This document shows, in pieces, positions 42,101-54,100 of a stretch of 64,000 bases of DNA (positions within the stretch are counted from its first letter, which is position 1; every line of letters starts with the position of its first letter). The notes under the pieces were generated by a model. The model had not been told where the DNA came from, did no database searches, and saw only the letters and a program-made list of their open reading frames with translations. The stretch spans positions 5,968,175-6,032,174 of the forward strand of contig NC_057728.1 in assembly GCF_004010195.1 (NCBI RefSeq), written 5' to 3'. The translations under genes were made by a program, and so were the position numbers. Source of the stretch: Chiloscyllium plagiosum (lineage: Eukaryota).

Positions 42101-45100
42101 TACAGGGTTAAAGTATGATGCTAGATTGCATAAACATGGCCTGTGTAATGGAGATTGAGGCAAGTCAGTAAGAGTCCTAGTGTTCAGGGCAATTGTTGTT
42201 GCCACACTCCTGTACAGCAGTGAGACCTGGATTCTGTATCAGCAACTTGTAGAAACAAATTTCAGCAATTCCTCCATCACGTTCTCCAGCTTAATTAGGA
42301 GGGCCATAGAACAAATGCTAATGTCCTTCTTGAGACCAGTTCCACAGGCATTAGAATAAACTCCTGTAAAACCCAATTATGATAGAGTTGGCTTTTTGTC
42401 CAGAAGACTACAAAACATCTCCCCCAGCAGATCCTCTTTCCTCAACAATCACATTCCAAGCAGAAACCTTGAAGTGTCGCTGCATTGACATCAAGGAAAG
42501 GGAGGAGCTTGCTGTCAATTGTTCAAAATGGTGACAAGTCATCCATCGAGCTGCATCATGAGTCCAAACATCATACTAAAGAGGCTGAGGGGAAAGAGTA
42601 ATCTGCTGTCCAAATCCTTTATGGGACGTTCTGTCCATATTCTCGTGAGTTGAGAACCACCCTGTACTGTCACAAGAAGAGTCACGGCACTACCTCGAGG
42701 AGGCATCATGTTTGAATCAAGTTGAAGCTGATGACAATGGCGACCTGAGTTGGCTGATCTCTGCTTGAGGTGCTAAAATGGCCACCTGCTCCCCTCTTCG
42801 TCTTTCTTTATGCAAACGCCCCTACCTGTTGGGTGAGGAGAGGTGCAAGTTTGTTGCTATACCTGTCATAGGATTAAACAGGCTGTCATCACTCACTGGG
42901 GTAAATTCTTCATATCACTGCATGGGTGGTACTGCGGTGGAATGGATGACCCACTCATTAGGGAACCAGTTCCATGTCTATTCCACCAGCTTACTTTGTT
43001 TTGAGAGGTCAGGAAGGATCTGTAATTGTGGATAATCCGATCCCACCGGATTACCACCCAGGTACTGAAGACATAAACTGACTCCACAAGAAGAGTAACT
43101 GCTTGGGTTAGGCTTTGAAAAGAGATCAGCAGTATGTTAGAGCTCTGTACAAAGTGTTGGCTGGAGAGGAATTTCAGGCAAACTTTCATTCTCTCCTGGA
43201 TTTTAAACATTGATCCAGAAAATAACAACCTATTTTTCAGCCATAAACACAAATTGTTTTCTTAAAGTCAAAAACTGCTGAAGAAACTCAGCAGGTCAGG
43301 CAGTATCTGTGTAGAGAAAGCAGGGTTAACTTTTTAGGTCCAGTGACCTTCCCTTAGAACTGACCTGAGTTTTTCCAAAAATTTCTGATTTTGTTTCTGA
43401 TTTCCAGCATTCCACATTTCTTTTTTGTTATATTTTCTTATGATCTTTTGATACCAATGTAATGTTTTTACAAGTTATTTACCTTTTACAATGCCTCCTT
43501 TTACCTTGAGGTGAAACAGAATCCACTGGCTGGTGGAGAACAGTGATCATACTAAACTTCCGCTGGGAAACAGACCAGTGTGATCTGGTTGTCATGGGGA
43601 AAGAAATCTACACTGAAATCTATTGGACATCCAAGTGGCAGTTTTTATGTCTTGATGGAGATAAGGATGCTGTTGGAGATAGAGACACTGAGAGGGAGGA
43701 ACAAAGGAGCCGTTACTGTCAAGTACAGAGGGAATAAAGCACCAAATAGGATGTTAGTTTATCTATTCAAAAAGAAGAGGACAGAACATGGGACTTTTTG
43801 AGACTTAAGGGATACGAATAATGCGATTTTGGAGAAGATTTGTAGCTGAGGTTGTGGATCGGGTTGTAAGTTTGCTCTTTGAGCTGGTAGATTTCTTCTC
43901 AGATGTTTCATCACCACACCAGGGGTAACATCACCAGTGAGCCTCCGGCGAAGCACTGGTGTTCTATTTGTGTGTCTTGATCTGTTGTGGTGGGTGATAT
44001 CACTTCCCGGTTCTATTTCTGAGAGATTGGTAAATGGGATTCAAGTCGATATGTTTGTTAATGGAGTTCCCATGTGTATCTTTGTTTGGCCTGTCCCAGG
44101 ATGGACATATTGTCCCAATCAAACTGGTGTCTCTCTTTGCCTGTGTGTGTGTGCATATTAATGATTGTTGGTCATGTCAATTGGTGGCTAGTTGGTGCTC
44201 ATATAATCTGGTGGCGAGTTTCCTGCCCGTCTGTCCAATGTAATGTTTGTTGCAGTCCTTGCAGGGTATTTTGAATTGTGACGTTCGTTCTGCTGGTTGT
44301 TAGTACGGGGTCCTTTAGATTCATCAGGAGCTGTTTCAGTGCATTGGGAGGTTTATGGGCTACCATGATGCCTAGGGGCCAGAGTGGTCTGGTCGTCATC
44401 TCTGAGATGTCTTTGATGTATGGCAGGGTGGCTAGAGTCTCTGGGCGTGTTGTGTCTTCCAGTTTAGGTCTGTTGTGCAGGAGTCAGCAGACTGCGCTTT
44501 TTGGTTACCCGTTGTTCCTGAATACCGTGTACAGGTATTTTTCCTTGGCTTCTCGTAGTTCCTGGGTGCTGCGGTGTATTGTGGTTCATTTAAATAATGT
44601 CCTGATGCAGCTCCATTTGTGGATGTTGGGATGATTGCTCCTGTAGTTGGCCAGTGTGCGTGGCTTTCCTATAAACGCTTGTTTGTAGCTCTCCATTAGC
44701 TTTTTGTTCAACTGTGACGTCCAGGAAGGGGGGTCTATTGTTCGTCTCTTACTCTTTGATGAACTTTATACTGGTGAGGATGTTGTTTATGTGTTTGTGA
44801 CAAAACATCTGAGAACAAATCTACCAGCTCAGTGAGCAAACTCACAACTGGGTAAGAATAATCATGGTAGCGTTGTTGGTGGAAATCAGCTCTGGAAGAG
44901 ACAGGGTGAATGGAGTCATTTTCCAAAGATAGCAGAAGAGGGCAAAGAGAACAGAGTATTTCTGGAAGTGAATTGACCCTTAGATTTATGTTGCTCCACA
45001 TCTTCCAGAAGTGCTTCCAAAAGGTGATGTGAAATGTTTTTCAATTTTGGTAAATAGAATTGCGAAAGCACCTTTTTGTCAGTTTGGTGTATTGTTTGCC

Positions 45101-48100
45101 TATTGAGGAATGTTTGATTAAAGTTGATTTTAATTTGTTTATTATAGTAAACCTCTTGAAAGTGTGAAATCATGAGCTTTGGTCATTTCTATCAGTTCCT
45201 GGGAATTTTCCTTTGAAGATGGTAGGAAATATTGCCCTCTTGATTCGAACCCAGAGCTATAAAATGGGTACTCATTGTGTTTGATTTTTTTTTAATATTA
45301 CTTTTACCTTCAGAAACGATTCCAGAATCTCTGAGTTTGACCTCCATCACCACCACCAGTGCTGTGATCTCCTGGGCCCCTATTGGGAGTGTGAGTGCTC
45401 TGAGGGCCTGCAGTCTGCACTACTACAGCGTTGGGAGCCCCGACACTGTCCACACTGTCAGCTTTACCTTAACCAGTACAGAGGCAGTGATCACAGGTAA
45501 GACGTGAAATTAACCAGCCCTCATGTATGTGGACGGACCTTGGAATTTGGCTGCCTGGCCCCAGTGATACCCTGGCCTTATCTTAAGTAGGGCTCCTCAT
45601 TTTTTTTAGGGCTCCCTGTCATCCCAGATGTGACCACCTCTCGTGCCAGGCACTCTCTCACTATTTTGGGATTTTCTCCCGAGGTAGGAGGTGAACGTGT
45701 CTCAATTTAAAGCAACTGACCCTGCTCCTAGCGTTAAATTGCTAAGTGCCAGCCATCTCCATGATGAGCAGGCTGACTGAATTTTATGACGGGGTGGCCT
45801 GTGATCACAGGAACTGTGTAAAACTCAGCCCCAGGAAGTACAGCAGCCAATTTGCACGCAGCAAGTTCTCACAAGCAGCAGATTGAAGGATTAAAATTGG
45901 CCAGGATACTGGCAACAAGTACTCTGCTCCTCTTCATAGGAGTTTTGTGGCGTTTTCACATACGGTAATGTGTCATTGATTCACTGGAGCAGTCTTTCAG
46001 ATGGAACACTGACAGGGCTGCTCTCTCTTCAGTGTTCACTGGACTATTGTTCCAAATCTAGAAGAAAGTGAGAACTGCAGATTCTGGAGATCAGAGTCAA
46101 AATGTGTGATGCTGGAAAAGCACAGCCAATCAGGCAGCATCCGAGGAGCAGGAAAGTCGATGTTTTGAGTATAAGCTCTTCATCAGGATGCCCACCTTGA
46201 AGAAGTTCTCCTCCTCTTCCTGATGACGAGTTTATGCTCAAAACATCGATTCTTCTGCTCCTGGGATGATGCCTGACCAGCTGTGTTTTTCCAGCGCCAC
46301 ACTTTTTGACTATCCTTCCAAATCTCCTGAGTTGGATTTGAACTCACAATCTCCTTATTCAGAATCAGCAGTGCTACCACTGAGCTGCAGCTGACCCTGA
46401 AGTCACTCCTTCACCTCTGATAGTGATTGCTGCGAGTAAGACGATGTTGATCTTGAGTCTGGAGGTTACTGTGTAAAATGTTTACGCAAAAGGAGGGATG
46501 CGTCTTCAGTGTGAAATGATCTTCAGATCGCATTGCAAGTGACTGAGAATCCGAGAATGCATAACTTTCAGACTTCCCAAATGGTTAGATAAAATGCTAC
46601 TGCCAAAGTCGCTAGGTTGTTTAATTTTTAAATGAAGCCAAATTATTTGTCCAAAGAAGGAATGGGCTCATTCACAAATGGATGACAATGACGGGCAAAG
46701 ATATATTTCTAGCTTGTTCCCCAATGTGAGATAGACCCAGGTCACATGAGTCTGACAGTCTTACTAATTTGTAAAGATTAGATTTCAATGTTTCATCTAA
46801 TATCCAAGTAGATTTTGCAGGATGAGGTTTGCTGCCAAGGCTGTCTGCATGTGGTGGTCATGTGTCATTTGTGTCATTATATTCCCTGGTTATTATCTTG
46901 CTTCCCCACAGGAAGAGTGCTTTCCATCTATTTAATGTCCAGCAGGACACCGGTTAAACTCAGGTCTGACCCTGAGAAGGTTCAACATCCCTCAATTCTG
47001 TTTCTATCATTCAACTCGCGTCAGTCTCTTTCTTTGTTTATTGCAAGATTCGTATCGACTCGCCCCTGGATCGCTGATCAGTGATCAGAAGGGGTGCCTG
47101 ATTTTAATCCCTCCTCTGCACCGGCAGGAAAATAGATCAACTCAACACAACACATCCTGGAGTTGAACTTAGGACCTACTTGGTCCAGGCGCCTGTATCC
47201 CACTGAGTCACCAACTAAGTTCATAGACAACCCTTTGATACTTTGCATTTGACTCATTTTAAAATAAAGAATCAGGAGATTGTTTTGTCTGAACAAAGAA
47301 GTTGCCACATTTCCAATAACTAAAGTTGGTAAACGTTTTCCTTTTCATTGTTATCCGGATATGTTCCATCCTCCACTCATTATGCAACAGGAAGCCTCCC
47401 AGTTTTCCCATTGTAAATTCCAATGTTCCACCCATCCTGGTTTCCTCAATTTATCTTTTTAGCCTCCTGAGAGTGATAAGCAAGGGATTTGATTAAAACA
47501 TACTGCTAAAGTAATGTCTGACCTAGTAAGATGTTTTAAAATTGCAGCTGGTTTAGCAAAACATGAATAGCATGTGAAGGGCTGAAGTTGTAAAATCATT
47601 TCCTCCCCACCACCACTCCGTTGATATCAATGGATGGAGCAAAGGGAATGTGATATAAGTGGGAATGGTGGTAACTCAATGGTTAGTACTGCAGCCTCAC
47701 AGCACCAGGGACCCCCGTTCAATTCCACGCTCAGACTACTGTCTGGGTGGAGTTTGCACATGATCCCCCTGTCTGCATGGGTTTCCTCTGGTTTCCTCCC
47801 ATCATCCAAAGATGTGCAGGTTAGGTGGATTGGCTATGCTAAAGTGCCCCATAGTGCCCAGGGATGTGTAGGCTGGGTGGAATAGCCATGGTAAATACAG
47901 GGAGAGAGTAAGGCGATGGGTCTGGGTGGGATGCTTTTCAGAGAGGTGATTTGGACTTTTTGGGAAGTATGGCCTGTCTCCACATTGGAGAGATTCTATG
48001 ATTCTAGTTAAATGGTTTCCACCTAGAAATAGGCAGCAGGCTGAGAATCTGCCTAAATGTAAAACAAGCCATTGACCAACACTGATTTGCTATTTAACTT

Positions 48101-51100
48101 AGTTAATTTTTAATTGAAGGGTCATAGACTACATGCCAGCACGGTGGCTCAGTGATTAGTACTGCAGCCTCATAGCGCCAGGGACCCGAGTTCAATTCCT
48201 GCCTCGGGTGACTGTCTGTGTGGAGTTTGCACATTCTCCCCATGTCTGTGTGGGTTTCCTCCGGGTGCTCCGGTTTCCTCCCACAGTCCAAAAATGTGCA
48301 GGCCAGGTAAACTGTCCATGCCAAATTGCCCATAGTGTTAGGTGCATTAGTCTGGGGTAAATATAAGGTGGGGGGATGGATCTGGGTGGGTTAGTCTACG
48401 GAGGGTCAGTGTGGACTTTTTGGGGCCTGTTTCCATACTGTAGGGTATCTAATCTAATCTAATCTAATCATAAATCATCATGAGTTTGAAGTAAAGGGAA
48501 ATTTACAATACATCATCAGCCCCAGAGATAGCAACTGAATCACAGCGAGTCTGAAGTCAACATGAAATTGTGAATTTCTCAAAGGAAGATTTACACATTA
48601 GTTCAAGTTTCTTTCACATCTTCTTCATTCATGTAAACTCCCAAGTCACATGTTAGAGAATCAGACAATATTTTTCGGTTTTATGGCATTTTTTTAAACC
48701 AATCAACCAAGTGGTTTCCAATGGTAATCTAAGACGCCCTCCCTGCAACTCTACCTCCTGCTGATAAGGCAATGTCTCTCCTCACACAGGATCACAGATT
48801 AGTTTGCAAACTCAGTTGCCCTAAAGATTCATATAGTAAGGTTCCACCTTTGTTCCTTAGTTTATGTCAGATCTCAACCAGGGTCATGTGTGTCAGGTGT
48901 GGCTCAGTGGTTGCACTCTCAGGTAGTGTCCCTTCCTATGGACCAAGTTCCACTTGCTCCAAAGGTGTGAAATAACCTCTCTAAACAGGTTGATTAAAAT
49001 ATCTAGAAGGTTGTAGATTCATTGAACTCCAAAGCTTCCTGGTAGATTTCTCATTTGCCTCTCTGAATCCTCTCATCACAGTGGAGTCCATTGCAAGTTT
49101 GGTGTGGACCTTCCCAAAACTGCCAGTTCTGTTCCTGCTTATGCTTGGAGGAATCTCTGCAACTATGACACTTTAAGCTTTCCTCCATGCAGGTTGAATA
49201 TTGTATGTTTGTCTCAGATAGCCTTCACAGCTAATGCTTCCCTCCACGTGAGCCATTAATAGTAATATTTTCCCAAAAGAAGTGACCTTTAATGCGAAAT
49301 CATACTGGCCACCTTCATGTGGTTTACCCTGAGATAGTTCTCCTTAGTAGATCTGCTTGCCTGACCTGCTGTGCTGTTCCAGCAATAAAGTTTCAACTTT
49401 GATCTCCAGCATCTGCAGACCTCACTTTCTCCCATTCTATACTCATTGCTGACCCTGGATTCTGCACTTTAAAACAGGGGAAGTGATGACCCCAGTGGTA
49501 TTAATTCTAGGCTGTTAATCCAGAAACTCAGCTTTTGTTCTGAGGATGTGGGTTCAAAGCCCGCCAAGTCAGATAGTGGAACTTGAATTCAATTTTTAAA
49601 AACCTATCTGGCAAACTAATGTCCTTCAGGAAAAGAAATCTGCCATTCTCACCTGGTCCGGCCTGCATGTAACTCCAGGGACACAGGGATGTGATTAGCT
49701 CTTGACCGCCCTCTGAAATAGGGCTTATGCCCGGAACGTGGATTCTCCTGTTCCCTGGATGCTGCCTGACCTGCTGCGCTTTTCCAGCAACACATTTTCC
49801 ACCCTCTGAAATAGCCCAGCAAGTCACTCAGTTCAAGGGCAGCTATGGGTGGGCAATAAATGCTGACCAGCCAGTGACACCCACATCACACAAATAAATT
49901 AAAACAGTGTGCTGGAGACTGGAATCCATTGCAACTAAATGACAGCTGCAGATGAGACCAAGGTAGATAAAGGTAACAGATCCCATGATGCTGTTTCAAA
50001 GGTGGTCACCTTCTCTATGTCTTGGCAGTGCTTATACCACAAGCAACATCAGCAAAACAGATTCTGGTCATCATTTAGCTCCTGCCTGTAGAACCTTGCT
50101 GTGTGGAACTTGGCTGCTCCATTTCTTACATAGCCACAGTGACTCTACTTGAGAAGTACATTGTTGGCTGATTTTGGAAAGTCGTGCAGAAAAGCAAGTC
50201 TTGCTTCTATCAGGGCAGTCCCTGGGGTTGGGGAGGTGGGTGTCGTTATTTCTCGCACTTGTCCTAAATTAAAAGAGAGGAAATCATCCATGGATCCTGT
50301 TCTTGATCTGATGGATGAAATGTTGTTGTGTACACTGGTTACCCGGTCACATTATTGGAGTGTGAACACTGGAGAGATTGGCATTACAGCTTTGCTGGGA
50401 TGTCAATAGAAATCCCTTAACAGTAGTTTAGACCAATGTTTATATCAGTTGCCTTGAGTCTCACCTGCCCAGCAGAGAAATTGGAGAACTAACATGGAAA
50501 TTCACACACTCAATAAAGAAGTGGTCTGTTGTCCACACTGGGGGAGGTCCAACACACTTTGCTGCAGGCATACAACTTGATGCACCTGTGAAGGTGAACA
50601 GCTTGAAAAGATAAAATTGGCACCACTCATCCTCCCAGCTTTTTGATATGAGGGAAGGGAGGTCAAGAAGTAAGAATAAATAACAAAGTATTCTGACACA
50701 ATGAATTTAGTGAACCTTGGTATTCTGCTAGTTATATTAACCATGAGTATTTTTTTTCAGGATTGAAACCAGACACTACCTATACAGTGTCCATTGTGTG
50801 TCACTCCCTTTTTAACCGGACACTCAGCTCCCAGCATCTGAATGTTACTACTCTCCCATGTATGTATTTACAAATTTTATCATCAGTCTAAAGTTGTCTC
50901 TCTCTCTCTCTCTCTCTGCAAGGGAACAGAGATGTTTTTCTTAAATTGACTGAGGCTCTATTTTGTTGGCAGCTTTGAGATTCATCATCAATGTGTACGC
51001 CTCCCATATTACCTCATCTACTGCTGTGATTGGCTGGGATCTACACCCTTCAAAGGCTGCCCTCATTTGGTCCTACTCCATTAGCTATGGTCCTTATGCT

Positions 51101-54100
51101 CGTGGTGGACCCACCAGGAATATAATTGCTTTCCCTCCGATAACCACTGTGATCCTCACAGGTAAAGACATGGAAAATGTGGAGTGAGAATGGTCTTTTG
51201 CTTCTGTAATCTGCTGAGTTAGGGACAGTGACGCTGGGATCCAGTAACTTTGGAGATGGGTCCTGCAGTAGATCCCCCTTCCACCAGACTCCTGTCCCAC
51301 ATGGGCAGCCTTGAACGTTACACTGGGTTATGGGAGACTTTATCAGAGTGCAGATGTGATGTGGCATTCAAATATATCAAATTAAAGATCAATATTAAAA
51401 TTAAATTAAGATAATGATCAATCAGGAGGAAGCGCACAAAAGTGCCAATGACCTATGACCATTGTATGAGGGTAATGAAGGGGTAAAAGATGAAATTATT
51501 GCCAGAAACTACTGAGGCAGGTGAAAATGTTTTGCATTGGATCCTGCAGCCTGGAAAAAAATGATTGTTAGAGCTCAAAGAACCAGTTATGGGATTTCTA
51601 AAGACATTTCAGGTGGCTCAGCGGTTAGCACTGCTGCCTCACAGCACCAAGGATCCAGGTTCAGTTGTACCCCCTGACAACTTCCTGTGTGGAGTCTGCG
51701 TGGGTTTCCTCCCACAGTCCTAGGATGTGCAGGTTGGGTGGATAGGCCTGTCGTGTCCAGGGCTGTGAAGGCTAGGTGGATTAACCCTGGGAAATGCAGG
51801 GTTACAAGGATGGGGTAGGGGATGGGTCTGGGAAAGATGCTCTTTGAAGGGTCAGTGTGGACTTGACAGCCTGCCTCCACACTGTAGGGATTCAAATTAA
51901 TTGAACACTGGGAATTATATGATAAATGTTCAAATTGGATTTAGTTTGCACAAAAGCAATTGATCTTAATTTAGAGTTAATTAATTTTAATAAATAAAGT
52001 TTTCCCAGTGCATTCGCCCCATGTAATCACTTGATGTCACTGTGATTTTTCGTTCCTCCCATTCAGTTCACAGTCAGTCAGAAAGACAGCTTTTTCAAGG
52101 TCTCTCTTTCTGCATTATATGTAGTTAAGGACCCAGCAATGACTGTGGCGCTCCACAGTTGCCAACCTAAGAAAGACCTATTATCACTAGTCTCTGCTTC
52201 CTGTTCACTAACCCATCCTTTATCCATGATAATATGTTCCACCCTGCACCATGTGCTCTTGTCTGGTGTAGTAACCTTTCGATGTGGCATCTTTTCAAAT
52301 TAATTTTGCAAAATCTAAATATATAACATCTGCTGCTATGGAAAATAAAGAGCATGAAAGCATGGAAAGGGTTAAGACATGAAGACCACTGGCAATCTGT
52401 GTTCTGTGGCAGGCAGGATGGGTTAACTATAGTGGAACATTCTTACACCAATTAGCAAAGTAAGGTTAAGGATGAAAGGTCACTGTGGCGTGATGAGGTA
52501 ACACAAGTAATAAAGCAAGTTTCTCTGTTAAATGTTATTATGACAGGATTGGGACCATAAATATTTGGGACATGACATTAAAATATCTAATTAATAGTTA
52601 GTCGAGTCAGCTTAAGACAGGAGACTATTATAATAGATGGAATAGCTAAATATCTATCATAACAGGTTAGTCTGCAATTGAAGATCACGGTAGCATAGTG
52701 AGCAATAAATATTTAACCGTGACATTAGAATAACATTAAGTAGAATGTACAACTAAAGAGATAATGGGAACTAACATCACTGGTTTATTGCGTAGCTAGA
52801 GTGAGGTACTTTGGTTAATATAGTTGGACATGCTGATAAGCTAACAGAATCATGATACAAAAAATATAAATATCCACAGACCCTGAGGTTCGGGGGCATT
52901 CGAGAATCTGTTTTCTCAGTGTCACGGTTTCTTGTTTGCAAATAAAAGACCTATTTCTTGAAGAACTCTCTGCGTCTCCTGGTGATTCTCTACATTTTCT
53001 CCACTACACTGCTTCCCCTCTTCTTCTTTCACAAAGATCAAGTTTTGATTTTCGAAATGAATTTTTTCAGGGAGTACAGTCAATCAGAGACTGTTCATGA
53101 CTAATAAAACTTTCCCATTTCTGCTCCGGATAAGTGCCCCTTAAGGAATACTAGCACAGCAAATGAGAAGGACTATAAGAGGGAAGGTGTCTTCACTGAA
53201 ATTGTCATAAGGATTCCTAAAGGTGCAGTTTTATTGCCAAGATAGAACAATCAGTGTCCCACGTGTTTGCAACGTTTTATACCTTGCACAGATATTCCAT
53301 TGTTTTAAAAAAATTGTTGGGACTTAGGTCCAGCTGCTTTGCCTCTGAGATTTGATTGTAGTTGTGTTGGTTGTCATCCAAAAACAGCACAGTCACCTCT
53401 TTAAAATGGAACCCAGTCAGTCACCATCTTATTATTTTCCTTTAACAGATCTGAATCAGTCAACTGTCTACATTGTAACTGTTTCTGCAAAAACATTATT
53501 TGGAAAAGAAGACACTGGTTCAACATTGAAGTTTATGACACAAAGCTGTAAGTATTTCTCTTATGTCACTTTGTTAACCATTTATTCTTGTTCCATCTTA
53601 ACCAATGGATGACTAATGTTAAACTAAAGTGGAGTAATACATCCCAGAGAATTCCCCATTGCTCCACACGGATGTAACCTCTCCATACCTTCCGCACGTA
53701 TTGCTGTATTGACCCTCATTATTTCCTGATCTCACCTGGAACTCCCAAATTGTCAGCAGAATCTGTTCCCATGAAATTTGGGATACTGTTGTTCCAAAAT
53801 GCATTTACTATCAATTGTTTGAAGCTTTTTGGAAATCCAAGGTGGCTCTGTATAAAAGCTTTCTCTGTATAAAAGCTTCCAACAGCTGTCTCACTTATTT
53901 CCACTCAGGATGTAGACATTTTGAAAAAAAAGCTTAAAGCGAGGTCTGTTTTTTTTTTCCTTATCCTCCAGCCCCTGCTGGTTTAGTGCTACCTGTTCCT
54001 TGCCTCTCCTGAGTGTTTTCAAGAGATCATCGTCAGTGCTTCTCTGAAGATTTAAACGTTTTGTTGGGGTTTTACCTCAGTAAAATCACACCTTCCTTTG

